Assembly: GCA_017456845.1 (NCBI GenBank)
Contig: JAFTIP010000032.1
Location: 827 to 64,826, forward strand
Reading direction: 5' to 3'
Source of the DNA: Ruminococcus sp.
Lineage (GTDB): Bacteria; Bacillota; Clostridia; Oscillospirales; Acutalibacteraceae
DNA: 64,000 nucleotides
Positions within the stretch are counted from its first letter, which is position 1; each line of letters begins with the position of its first letter. The notes under the pieces were generated by a model. It was given only the letters and a program-made list of their open reading frames with translations. It was not told where the DNA came from and made no database searches. The position numbers and the translations under genes were made by a program. Below are positions 1-8,634 of the stretch, one piece after another.

Positions 1-1297
1 CCTCGGGGATAATCTCGTGCTCTGTAAGCTGCTGCATAACTCTGTCGGGGTTAGCGGCAATCTTATCCATTTTATTAATAGCAACAATAACAGAAACGCC
101 TGCTGCCTTTGCGTGGTTGATAGCCTCAATTGTCTGGGGCATAATACCGTCGTCAGCAGCAACAACAAGAATTGCTATATCTGTGCACTGTGCACCTCTT
201 GCTCTCATTGTTGTGAAAGCTTCATGGCCGGGAGTATCAAGGAAGGTGATATCTCTGTCGTTAACATTTACTCTGTAAGCACCGATGTGCTGAGTAATAC
301 CGCCTGCTTCGCCTGCAGTAACGTTTGCGTGGCGGATATAGTCAAGAAGAGAAGTCTTACCGTGGTCAACGTGACCCATAACAACAACAACGGGAGCACG
401 GTCCTTAAGGTTTGCTTCGTCGTCGACTGTGTCGTCAATAATTCTTTCCTCGATTGTAACAACAACTTCCTTCTCAACCTTTGCGTGGAACTCCATAGCA
501 ATAAGAGAAGCTGTATCAAAATCTACAGTGTCGTTCTGAGTAACCATTGTACCCATAAGGAAAGCCTTCTTGATAACTTCAGCCGCAGTAGCCTTAAGGC
601 GGAGAGCAAGCTCTGTAATTGTGATTTCCTCAGGAATCTTAACTGTAATGGGCTTAGCCTTACGCTCCTGAGCAATTCTCTTAAGACGCTCAGCCTCAGT
701 TTCCTTTCTGGAGTTCTTGGGTTTATTTCTCTGCTGTGAACGCTGGTTAATCTTCTGCTTAGCCTTAGACATATTGCTGTCAGACTTAACCTTATCATAA
801 GCGAGGTTATCATACTTTTCGTTGTAACGCTCAACGTTTACGTCAACAGTACGTGTGTTAACTATTTTACCCTGAGCACGCTTTGATTTAATCTCGGACG
901 TTGTGTCAACATCGTCGTAATTTTTGGGGTTCTTAACCTTTTTCTCCTGAGGTTTTTCCTGAGGTTTAGCCTCGGATTTCTGAGGAGCTTTTTCGCCTTT
1001 AAGGCTTGCTTCAAGCTCTTTTTTAGCCTGAGCCTTTTTCTCACGCTCTTCTTCTTTACGCTTCTGCTCGGCTTCTTCTTTTGCTTCAATAGCCTGGTCT
1101 CTTACTGCAAAGTAAGAGCTTAAGCTTTCCATATTGTTTTTCTGTGTGAAGTAGTCAAAAACTACGTTAAGCTCATTTTCTTCAAGAGTGGTCATAGATT
1201 TTTTTGTTGCACCGCAGTATTTAGCAACAACTTCGATAACCTCTTTGCTGGAAACGTTAAGGTCCTTTGCGACCTCGTGAATTTTGTATTTAATCAT
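1..1297 (-). CDS. infB: Translation initiation factor IF-2, N-terminal ~432 codons (gene continues beyond the left edge)
   Basis: The minus-strand frame from ATG 1297-1295 reads [24 protein letters not shown] (IF2 N-domain), followed by a K/E-rich linker. The G domain then reads [42 protein letters not shown]...DTPGHEAF...NKMDK. The frame was checked: the ATG of MGHVDHGKT at 379 is in phase with 1297. The ORF is open to the window edge, so it is absent from the ORF track. The track ORFs 17..739(+), 523..834(-) and 862..1089(-) are alternative frames of this gene. Confidence 0.95.
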   Translation of the reverse strand, partial: MIKYKIHEVAKDLNVSSKEVIEVVAKYCGATKKSMTTLEENELNVVFDYFTQKNNMESLSSYFAVRDQAIEAKEEAEQKRKEEEREKKAQAKKELEASLKGEKAPQKSEAKPQEKPQEKKVKNPKNYDDVDTTSEIKSKRAQGKIVNTRTVDVNVERYNEKYDNLAYDKVKSDSNMSKAKQKINQRSQQRNKPKNSRKETEAERLKRIAQERKAKPITVKIPEEITITELALRLKATAAEVIKKAFLMGTMVTQNDTVDFDTASLIAMEFHAKVEKEVVVTIEERIIDDTVDDEANLKDRAPVVVVMGHVDHGKTSLLDYIRHANVTAGEAGGITQHIGAYRVNVNDRDITFLDTPGHEAFTTMRARGAQCTDIAILVVAADDGIMPQTIEAINHAKAAGVSVIVAINKMDKIAANPDRVMQQLTEHEIIPE

Positions 1298-1607
1298 TCA
1301 TTTTTCCTCCCTTATTACTGATAAGCTCAGAAAGCTTTTTTGCAAAGCCCTCATCTTCAACGGAGAGCACTGCACAGGTTTTGCCCAGCGAAAAGCTGAG
1401 TTCATCCTTAGAGTAATCTAAAATGTAGTAAGTAACGCCACTTAAGGCGGAGATTACTTTTTTCTTTGTGTTTTCAGAAATGTCACTTGCCATAAGCACA
1501 AGCTTTGCATTGCCTAACTCTACAGACTCTATAACCGTATCACAGCCGATTTTCATTTTGCCTGCACGGCGGCAAAGCCCTAAGAAATTCAGAAATTTAT
1601 CATTCAC
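1290..1607 (-). CDS. ylxQ: L7Ae/YlxQ-family RNA-binding protein
   Basis: The listed 157-aa ORF 1290..1763 is over-extended. A GTG at 1607 gives [25 protein letters not shown]..., about 105 aa. It overlaps the ylxR stop by 8 nt, and its own stop overlaps the infB start (ATGATTAA). It sits in the conserved Firmicutes position between ylxR and infB. Confidence 0.8.
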   Translation of the reverse strand: MNDKFLNFLGLCRRAGKMKIGCDTVIESVELGNAKLVLMASDISENTKKKVISALSGVTYYILDYSKDELSFSLGKTCAVLSVEDEGFAKKLSELISNKGGKMND

Positions 1608-1917
1608 CTTTTGCCATCTCCTCTTTAAGAGTTTCGTAAACCTCAGAGGGGATAGAGGACGAAAAAGCCTTTTCAAGTCGTTTGCCTTTAATTGCTTTGT
1701 TAAGGCATTCTTCCGAGTTGCAGATGTAAGCGCCTCTGCCGGGCTTTTTGCCTGTAAAGTCAAGCTCGATATTGCCTTTGGTTAAAACTTCGCCGTTTTC
1801 ATTAACGGTATCAGGAAGCTTAACAACTCTTATAAGTTCTTTCTTTGGCTTCATTTCATTACAGCCTGTGCATTTTCGAAGGGGTATCTTTTTCTGCTTC
1901 AAAAGTTTCCCTCCCAA
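1600..1917 (-). CDS. ylxR: YlxR/RnpM (DUF448) RNA-binding protein
   Basis: 105 aa with the motif LRKCTGCNEMKPKKELIRVV...GRGAYIC, typical of YlxR. It lies directly downstream of nusA. Confidence 0.85.
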   Translation of the reverse strand: MGGKLLKQKKIPLRKCTGCNEMKPKKELIRVVKLPDTVNENGEVLTKGNIELDFTGKKPGRGAYICNSEECLNKAIKGKRLEKAFSSSIPSEVYETLKEEMAKGE

Positions 1918-1920
1918 AAA

Positions 1921-3012
1921 TTACTCAGCCACAGATTCTTCTGCCTGAGGCTCGTCGTCTTCGTCTTCACCGTAGAAGCCGCTTTCAGGACGAATGTCAA
2001 TCTTCCAGCCTGTAAGCTTTGCGGCAAGGCGAGCATTCTGACCATTGTTGCCGATTGCAAGAGAAAGCTGAGAATCGGGAACTGTTACTCTACAAGCTTT
2101 TGTGCCGTCTTCAGCAACAACTACAGAAACTACGCTTGCAGGAGCAAGAGCTGCAGCGATAAACTTCTGGGGGTCTTCATCATAAACGATGATGTCGATT
2201 TTCTCACCGCCAAGCTCTTCAACGATTGTGCCCACACGGGCTCCGCGGTTACCGATACAAGCACCAACAGCGTCAACTGCAGGGTCGTTACTGATAACAG
2301 CCATTTTGGTTCTGGAGCCTGCCTCACGGGAAATAGACTTGATTTCTACAATACCGTCGAAAATCTCAGGAACTTCTTTTTCAAACATTTTTCTTACAAA
2401 GTCGGGATGTGTACGGCTGATAATAGCCTTGGGGCCGCGGTCGCCGACTCTTACGTCAACAACATAAATTTTAACGGAATCGCCTTCCTTGAGGTTTTCT
2501 TCGCCAACCTGCTCGCTTACGGGAAGCACAGCTTCAGCCTTGCCGAAGCGGATTGTGGCGTTGCCTGTTTTGGGGTCGATTCTCTCAACTGTAGCGGTAA
2601 CGATTTCTTTAAGTTTAGACTGGAACTCTCTGAGCACCTGACCTTTTTCGCCGTCGCGGATACCGCCGTGTATAACGTTCTTGGAAGCAGAAACTGCAAT
2701 TCTGCCGAACTTTTTGGGGTCAAGGGGAATGCCGATTTCTTTGCCAACTGTTGCACGTTTGGAAATCTGCTTTGCATCCTCTAAAAGGATTTCGTTTGTT
2801 TCATCCTCAATTTCCTCAACAACGGTTTTAATCATTTTAACTGTAAAGTTGTTTTTTTCGGGATCCATTGTGATGTCAATGTTTTCGTTGCCGTAAAGGT
2901 TCTTGCAGGCAACTACGATTGCACGCTTGATCTGCTCAATCATATAGTCTACAGGGATACCTTTTTCTTTTTCAAGAAGAAATAAAGCCTCGAATAATTC
3001 CTTGTTGTTCAT
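1921..3012 (-). CDS. nusA: Transcription termination/antitermination factor NusA
   Basis: 363 aa. The sequence shows the N-terminal domain, an S1 region (GDSVKIYVVDV) and KH regions (AVGACIGNRGARV; LAIGNNGQNARLAAKLTGWKIDI). It lies in the rimP-nusA-ylxR-infB context. Confidence 0.95.
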   Translation of the reverse strand: MNNKELFEALFLLEKEKGIPVDYMIEQIKRAIVVACKNLYGNENIDITMDPEKNNFTVKMIKTVVEEIEDETNEILLEDAKQISKRATVGKEIGIPLDPKKFGRIAVSASKNVIHGGIRDGEKGQVLREFQSKLKEIVTATVERIDPKTGNATIRFGKAEAVLPVSEQVGEENLKEGDSVKIYVVDVRVGDRGPKAIISRTHPDFVRKMFEKEVPEIFDGIVEIKSISREAGSRTKMAVISNDPAVDAVGACIGNRGARVGTIVEELGGEKIDIIVYDEDPQKFIAAALAPASVVSVVVAEDGTKACRVTVPDSQLSLAIGNNGQNARLAAKLTGWKIDIRPESGFYGEDEDDEPQAEESVAE

Positions 3013-3053
3013 TTTTTATAACCATTCCTTTCTGTATCTTTAGGTTTAATAGC

Positions 3054-3536
3054 TTATATGTCAAGGTCGTCAGCCTTAATCCAGGCAGCGTCCTTTTTGT
3101 TTATGGTAACCTGATTTTCGCCATCGTAGTCTTCAATGGTAAGCTCATTGCCCTCTACAGCTTTAAGTACACCGCAGAATTCTTTTCCTAAGCCTTCCAT
3201 AGGGCGGATAAGGCGAACCTTAATGTCTTTGCCTACGTATTCCTCGAAGTGCTCGTCGCGTGTAAGCTCACGCTCAAGACCCGGGGAGCTTACTTCCAGA
3301 ATGTAGTTCTGGGATATGAAGTCTTTTTCATCAAGCAATGGGTCAATGGCACGGGAAACATTTTCGCAGTCGTTAATGTTGACGCCGCCGTCTTTGTCGA
3401 TGAAAATTCTTAAGTACCATTCGGCACCTTCTTTAAGAAAGCGAACATCCCAAACCCTTACGCCGAAATCTTCGGCAATGGGCTTGGCAACAGCCTTTAC
3501 GCTTTCGGCAATGTTTGCACCTTTGCTTTGTGCCAT
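3054..3536 (-). CDS. rimP: Ribosome maturation factor RimP
   Basis: The true start is probably MAQSKGANIAESV at 3536, with a GGAGG RBS 8 nt upstream, rather than the listed 3647. The motif ILEVSSPGLEREL is typical of RimP, and the gene is upstream of nusA. Confidence 0.9.
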   Translation of the reverse strand: MAQSKGANIAESVKAVAKPIAEDFGVRVWDVRFLKEGAEWYLRIFIDKDGGVNINDCENVSRAIDPLLDEKDFISQNYILEVSSPGLERELTRDEHFEEYVGKDIKVRLIRPMEGLGKEFCGVLKAVEGNELTIEDYDGENQVTINKKDAAWIKADDLDI

Positions 3537-3550
3537 AAATATTCCTCCAA

Positions 3551-3586
3551 ATAAAAAACTTAGGAGCGAGCCTTTCGGCTCACTCC
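3551..3586 (-). terminator. Leader hairpin plus U-tract just upstream of the rimP RBS (putative attenuator of the rimP-nusA-infB operon)
   Basis: The minus strand reads GGAGUGAGCC-GAAA-GGCUCGCUCC, a 10-bp stem with a GNRA loop. It is followed by UAAGUUUUUUAUUUGGAGG and then the rimP ATG. Confidence 0.5.
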
Positions 3587-3689
3587 TTAACCTTAAGGAT
3601 ATTAACTTACTTGTATTATAACACCAAAGCCTGTAAAAATCAAGCATATTGAGGAAAAAGCTTTTGTAAGAAAAGCCAAATATAAAAAG

Positions 3690-3715
3690 AAAAAGCCCTT
3701 AATAAAGGGCTTTTT
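3690..3715. terminator. Bidirectional rho-independent terminator after the XRE membrane regulator gene
   Basis: AAAAAGCCCTT-AATAA-AGGGCTTTTT is a perfect hairpin flanked by A and T runs. Confidence 0.65.
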
Positions 3716-3727
3716 CACAAATAATCG

Positions 3728-4336
3728 TTACTTTTTCTTTTTAAAGTTGCGGTAAAGAGTCCACGCAAGTGCAAGTACTTGTAAGACTGCGGCACAGATG
3801 TAGATAAGGCTTATATTGTCAAAGCCGTTTATGAAAGTGAAAAATACTATCTGTATGCCCAATGCACAAGTCCACACCAAAACGCTTATGGAGAAGAACT
3901 GAACCGTGTGATTCCACCAGATGCAGGCGAAAACAAGGTGAACTATAGCGCTGACGGGAATTGCCAGAAGATAGCAAATCCATGCGGAGTCAAAGTCAGG
4001 TAAAAACACCCTTAATCCTACAAAGACAACTGCGGCCACAAGCCATACCAAAATAATTGACATTATGTCAATTAAAATATGCCTTCGTTGGCGGGTTGGA
4101 AGCACTTTTTCCTCAGGCTTATCCTCGGATACAAGGTCGTTTACAGTAACGTCGAAAATCTGTGCAAGCTTTACAAGCACTGTTACGTCAGGCATACCGT
4201 CGCCGCGTTCCCACTTTGAAACAGATTTGTCAGAATAGTTTATCATCTCGGCAAGCTTGCCCTGAGTAAGACCTGAACGCTTGCGAAAATATGTAATATT
4301 ATTAGCAATTATAGATTTAAGCTTTTTTTCATCCAT
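3728..4336 (-). CDS. XRE-family HTH regulator with C-terminal multi-pass membrane domain
   Basis: 202 aa. The N-terminus LTQGKLAEMINYSDKSVSKWERG is an HTH_3 signature, followed by about 4 hydrophobic helices. Confidence 0.8.
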   Translation of the reverse strand: MDEKKLKSIIANNITYFRKRSGLTQGKLAEMINYSDKSVSKWERGDGMPDVTVLVKLAQIFDVTVNDLVSEDKPEEKVLPTRQRRHILIDIMSIILVWLVAAVVFVGLRVFLPDFDSAWICYLLAIPVSAIVHLVFACIWWNHTVQFFSISVLVWTCALGIQIVFFTFINGFDNISLIYICAAVLQVLALAWTLYRNFKKKK

Positions 4337-4450
4337 TTAAGAAAATACCTCCGAAAAAGCCTTAAAAAGCAAGATTTTATCAATATCTCTACCGAGGGTA
4401 GAGAAAAAACTCTTATAATAGAGTAATAAAAAACAAAGGATTTGTCAAGA

Positions 4451-4548
4451 CCATTGCCTGCGGTGGAAAATTCGGCCGTTAGCCACAGTAGGGCAATTTG
4501 CCTATGGAAAGCTTTAGTATAGAGTCGAACTTTCATCAACGGCGGGTT
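4451..4548 (-). repeat. Structured intergenic repeat, long form (copy A)
   Basis: The reverse complement reads GCCGTTGATGAAAG-ttcgactctatactaaag-CTTTCCATAGGCaaattGCCCTACTGTGGCTAACGGCC. It is followed by a CCACCGCAGG tail. This is the same architecture as the copies at 32804, 57693 and 61232. Confidence 0.85.
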
Positions 4549-4573
4549 AATTTATTTACATGTACATATATTT

Positions 4574-4637
4574 GTAGGGGAGCCCGATGCCCCCCTGCTG
4601 TTAAAACAAACCTGTCGGGCGGATACTATCCGCCCTA
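4574..4637. repeat. Pair of REP-like GTAG/ATAG-hairpin units in inverted orientation
   Basis: The plus strand at 4574-4600 reads GTAGGGGAGCCCGATGCCCCCCTGCTGT. At 4611-4637 lies the 9-bp stem GGGCGGATA-c-TATCCGCCC, which on the minus strand is preceded by ATAG. The second unit is near-identical to the hairpin at 27175. Confidence 0.7.
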
Positions 4638-4647
4638 TTATAATGCT

Positions 4648-6171
4648 TTATCCTTCGTCAGCCTGAAGAATTATTTCAACTTCAATATATTCTTCTGTTT
4701 CAGGGCGGTATATCTTAAGGGTAGCCTCGTCGCCCTCGCTAAAGTTCATAAGAGCTGTATAAATATCATTAAAAGACTTAATTTCGTGCTCGTCAAGAGC
4801 TACTACAATGTCGCCTGCTTTAATTTTGCCGTTATCGCAGGGGCCGCCTTTGATTACTTCTGAAACTAAAATGCCCTGAGGAACATTGTTATACATTGCT
4901 TCGCTTGCAGTAACTGCGGTTCCCATAATGCCTATTTTAACTCTGCCTCCTACATAGCCTTGCTTAATAAGGTCGTCTATAACCTCTTTTGCAGTACGGC
5001 TGGGAATGGCAAATCCCATACCCTCATAGTCTTCAGATGCGATTTTGGCTGAGTTTACGCCAATAACCTGACCGTAAAGGTTACACAAAGGACCGCCTGA
5101 GTTGCCGGGGTTAATGGCGGCGTCGGTCTGGATGTACTTAACCTGAGTGGAAAGACCCAAGGTTCTGTCTTTTGCAGAAATAACACCGCGGGTGAGGGTG
5201 TTCTGAAATTCCATACCGCCGGGATTACCTACTGCAATAACGTCTTCGCCGATTGATGCAAGGTCTGAGTCGGCAAATTCTGCAGGTGTAAGATTAGGTG
5301 CCTGTATTTTAATTACAGCTAAGTCTGTGCGTGTGTCAAAGCCTACAACCTTAGCTTCGTAGGAGTTGCCGTCGTTTAAAACCACCTCGATTATATAGGC
5401 AGTTTTGCTGTCACCGATAACGTGGCTGTTGGTGGCAATATAGCCGTCGGTATTTACTATAATGCCTGTGCCCTGTCCCATAACTGTGGATTTATCGGTA
5501 TCTTTGTAGCAAACAATGCCAACAGCTGATGGCGAAACCTTTTCAAATGCGGTTTGGTTGTTGTATTTTGCTGAGTCGTTTTTATCAGCAGGATATTTAT
5601 TGAGTACGATTTCACCGTCACCGTAAAGGTAAGAGTTGTCCACAGCTTCGGTTGCTTGGGGAATAGTTTCGGTTTCTTCAGGCTCGGTTGGTTTTAAGAA
5701 ATCTACAAAAGGATTTTGAGTATCGGGCAATTTTGGGTTTGAGCTGACACGTCCCATAAAGTAGCTCATACTTCCAACAGCCCCAAGACTGAAAATACCT
5801 AAGAGAACCCAAAGGCAGATAAGCATCACCTTTGCACCGGTGCTCCTCTTTTTGGGCTGAGGGGGAACAGGCTGAGCTGCATAGTATGTATACTGCTGAG
5901 CACTGTATGGAGGGGTATAGGGCTGTGCCTGTACCTGAGGAGCCTGATAAGGCATGGTATATGGCGGTTGTGGAGTATTTACCTGCGGCATCTCCGGCTG
6001 AGGATTTGCAGGAGCAACCTCAGGCTTAACCTCCTGAGGGGTTAATTCGGGAGTATTCTGAGGTGGTAACTCAGGCTGAGGAGCACAAGGAGCTAACTCA
6101 GGATTGCTTTGGGGAGCAACCTCTGGTTTTGGGTCTTGATTTATTGGTGTGTTTAAATTTTCGTCTAACAT
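4648..6171 (-). CDS. htrA: HtrA/DegP-family (S1C) serine protease with PDZ domain and Pro-rich N-terminal tail
   Basis: 507 aa. The catalytic motifs are TNSHVI, DLAVIKI and NPGNSGGPL. A C-terminal PDZ-like region (GILVSEVIKGGPCDNGKIKAGD) and one TM helix follow a P/Q/E-rich N-terminus. Confidence 0.9.
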   Translation of the reverse strand: MLDENLNTPINQDPKPEVAPQSNPELAPCAPQPELPPQNTPELTPQEVKPEVAPANPQPEMPQVNTPQPPYTMPYQAPQVQAQPYTPPYSAQQYTYYAAQPVPPQPKKRSTGAKVMLICLWVLLGIFSLGAVGSMSYFMGRVSSNPKLPDTQNPFVDFLKPTEPEETETIPQATEAVDNSYLYGDGEIVLNKYPADKNDSAKYNNQTAFEKVSPSAVGIVCYKDTDKSTVMGQGTGIIVNTDGYIATNSHVIGDSKTAYIIEVVLNDGNSYEAKVVGFDTRTDLAVIKIQAPNLTPAEFADSDLASIGEDVIAVGNPGGMEFQNTLTRGVISAKDRTLGLSTQVKYIQTDAAINPGNSGGPLCNLYGQVIGVNSAKIASEDYEGMGFAIPSRTAKEVIDDLIKQGYVGGRVKIGIMGTAVTASEAMYNNVPQGILVSEVIKGGPCDNGKIKAGDIVVALDEHEIKSFNDIYTALMNFSEGDEATLKIYRPETEEYIEVEIILQADEG

Positions 6172-6172
6172 T

Positions 6173-7651
6173 TTATTCCTCCGTTTTACTGTCTGCCGTT
6201 AATAGCTTTTTGCGTTTTGGCTCAGGCAGAGTAAAGGTAAATCTGCAGTATTCGTCAGGTTTTGAATCCGCAGTAATTCTGCCGCCGTGAAGTGTCACAA
6301 CGGTGCGGCAGATGTAAAGTCCCAGTCCCATACTGCGTTTGTCAGAGCTTCTGGACTTGTCTGCCTTATAGAATTTGTCAAAAACATAGAGCAGGTCTTC
6401 GGGTAAAATGCCTGTTCCGCTGTTTTCTATGCTAATAATGCTGAATCCGCCTTCTTTAGAGAAATTAAAGCGGATAACACCCTTTTGGTCAGTGAATTTT
6501 ACGGCATTTTCAACTAAATTGTAAATGGTTTGGTGCAGAAGGTCTCTGTCGCCGAAAACCATAACGTTTTCTTCTATGTCAAGGCCTTCTACTGTAAGCT
6601 CTTTTTCAGATAGCTTGCTTTCAAAGCTTTGAAGCACGCTGAAAATAACATCCAGAATATCAAATGATGTTTTATTTACTTTAATTTCGCCGCTGTCAAT
6701 TTTTGAGAGAGAAATCATAGAGGTTACAAGGCGTGAAAGACGCTTTGTTTCCTCTGAAACAATTCCCAAATAATATTCTTGCTCGGTTTTTGGAATGGTT
6801 CCGTCAAGTATGCCGTCAATATAGCCTGAAATGGTGGTCATTGGTGTTTTAAGTTCATGGCTTACGTTGGCAATAAAGTTACGTCTTATACCTTCCATTG
6901 AGGCAAGAGAATCCGCCATTTCGTTAAAAGCCTGAGCAAGTTCACCAATTTCATCTTTATTCTTAACGTATACTCGGCTTTCAAAGTCGCCTGATGCAAA
7001 ACGCTTGGTGGCGGCTGTCATCTGCTTTAAGGGACGCGTGGTATTAAAGGCGTATACCGAGGTAAGGGAGAATATAAGGAGTGCCGCCAAAAGTACTACG
7101 AGGGTAAACACAAAGAAAATGGATGGCACGGCATCGCTGCTCCATACGGTTTGTTGAGCAATAACACAGTATGCCACTATATTTTGTGAATCGTCAAAAA
7201 CAGGTGCGGCAGCTACGTAGTACGCGTTGTCGTAAAATCCGCCGATGTTACCATAAGCAAAGAAGGTGCTTTCATTAAGGTCGGTTGTTAATATCTTGGG
7301 AAGATATCCGCCTGTTTTATGAGTAGTATCTGCAGAACTTACGAAAACTATCCGTCCGTTTTTATCGGATAGTAATATATCGGCACCCATAGATTCGCTT
7401 AATGCATCAAGATAAGGAAAAACATATTCGTCTGCAGGGTTAAGATTTCCTTTGGATATTTCGGAAACATAGGACGAAACGTCCGTTGCACTCTGTATAA
7501 GAGTGTCTTTTTTAACCCGTTCTATATAGTCTGTTACAGGATACACCAGAATAACGGTGATTATAAGCAGACACAAAAGTACAATTGTTATGCTGTAGAA
7601 CAAAAACCGCCGGAAGACGGTTTTGTTAAGAGCGTTTTTTACATTTGGCAT
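6173..7651 (-). CDS. Sensor histidine kinase (TM-sensor-HAMP-HisKA-HATPase)
   Basis: 492 aa. It has the H-box SHELKTPMTT and the N/G boxes NLVENAVKF and GTGILPEDL...GLGLYI. It is adjacent to an OmpR-type response regulator. Confidence 0.9.
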   Translation of the reverse strand: MPNVKNALNKTVFRRFLFYSITIVLLCLLIITVILVYPVTDYIERVKKDTLIQSATDVSSYVSEISKGNLNPADEYVFPYLDALSESMGADILLSDKNGRIVFVSSADTTHKTGGYLPKILTTDLNESTFFAYGNIGGFYDNAYYVAAAPVFDDSQNIVAYCVIAQQTVWSSDAVPSIFFVFTLVVLLAALLIFSLTSVYAFNTTRPLKQMTAATKRFASGDFESRVYVKNKDEIGELAQAFNEMADSLASMEGIRRNFIANVSHELKTPMTTISGYIDGILDGTIPKTEQEYYLGIVSEETKRLSRLVTSMISLSKIDSGEIKVNKTSFDILDVIFSVLQSFESKLSEKELTVEGLDIEENVMVFGDRDLLHQTIYNLVENAVKFTDQKGVIRFNFSKEGGFSIISIENSGTGILPEDLLYVFDKFYKADKSRSSDKRSMGLGLYICRTVVTLHGGRITADSKPDEYCRFTFTLPEPKRKKLLTADSKTEE

Positions 7652-7652
7652 A

Positions 7653-8339
7653 TTATCTCACTTCAAACTTATAGCCTCTGCCCCAAACGGTGCAAAGCTC
7701 CCATTTTTCACTGGCTCCGTCAATTTTTTCTCGTATACGCTTGATGTGTACATCAACGGTACGGCTGTCGCCGTAATAGTCGAAGCCCCACACCTCATCT
7801 AAAAGCTGGTCGCGCGAAAACATTTTATTGGGATTTGATGCAAGATGGTAAAGAAGCTCAAGCTCCTTGGGAGGGGTTGAGATTGCTTTGCCTTTAACCT
7901 TAAGCTCATAGTTTGTAAGGTTAATCTCAAGATTTTCCCACTTAATTTCTTTTATAGTGTTTATTTCGCCTGAGTCTGTGCGTCTGAGTACAGCTCTTAC
8001 CCTTGCAATAACCTCTTTGGTTTCAAAGGGCTTTACTATGTAGTCGTCGGCTCCAAGCTCAAGCCCCAAAACCTTGTCGAAAGTTTCGCCCTTTGCTGTA
8101 AGCATAATAATAGGGCAGTCGCTGGTTTTGCGGATTTCACGGCAAACCTGCCAACCGTCAAGCTTGGGAAGCATAATGTCCAGTAAAATCAGGTCGGGAT
8201 TTTCGGTTTTGAAAAGCTCCACGGCCTTTTCGCCGTCCTCGGCGGTAATAGTAGTAAAGTTTTCCTTTTCAAGGTAAATCCTTAAAAGATTAGAGATGTT
8301 TGTGTCATCATCAACAATAAGAATTTTATGAAGTCCCAT
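7653..8339 (-). CDS. OmpR-family response regulator
   Basis: 228 aa. It has a receiver domain (ILIVDDD...DLILLDIMLPKLDG) and a winged-helix output domain (RTVDVHIKRIREK...GRGYKF). Confidence 0.92.
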   Translation of the reverse strand: MGLHKILIVDDDTNISNLLRIYLEKENFTTITAEDGEKAVELFKTENPDLILLDIMLPKLDGWQVCREIRKTSDCPIIMLTAKGETFDKVLGLELGADDYIVKPFETKEVIARVRAVLRRTDSGEINTIKEIKWENLEINLTNYELKVKGKAISTPPKELELLYHLASNPNKMFSRDQLLDEVWGFDYYGDSRTVDVHIKRIREKIDGASEKWELCTVWGRGYKFEVR

Positions 8340-8590
8340 AAATTAATACCTTCCTTTCCTATATAAGACCCAATATAATTATAACATAAATACCTGTGCG
8401 AAGCACGGGTGCGGCAACGCCGAAATAGCGAAAGCTATTAAAATTTTGTTAAATGTTCTCTCAGGTATCAAAATCTCTGATTTTGCTTATACCGTGAGGT
8501 TATTATATCACATAAAGCCTTTGAAAAGTTAATAATTATTAAAAACAATATGATTTCTGTGTGAAATTTCATGTTTAAAAAGATTTTAAC

Positions 8591-8621
8591 AAAAACCGCC
8601 CGACGGCAGCCCGTCAGGCGG
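8591..8621 (-). terminator. Rho-independent terminator of the DegT aminotransferase gene
   Basis: The minus strand reads CCGCCTGACGG-GCTG-CCGTCGGGCGG followed by TTTTT. Confidence 0.7.
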
Positions 8622-8634
8622 TAAGAGCTTTAAC

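Noticed and set aside
17-1089. Track ORFs 17..739(+), 268..519(-), 523..834(-) and 862..1089(-) as separate genes
   Set aside because: All of them lie inside infB. The real frame, checked through GHVDHGKT and the ATG at 1297, is a different frame that runs off the window edge and so was not listed. The listed products are low-complexity translations (L/R/K/S-rich) of the wrong frames.
4309-4863. ORFs 4309..4539(-) and 4498..4863(+) as genes between htrA and the XRE regulator
   Set aside because: They are composed of the dispersed repeat and hairpin DNA and overlap the htrA 3' end. They have no RBS, and the same 'peptide' fragments (for example VANL or VANP from GTGGCTAAC) recur wherever the repeat occurs.
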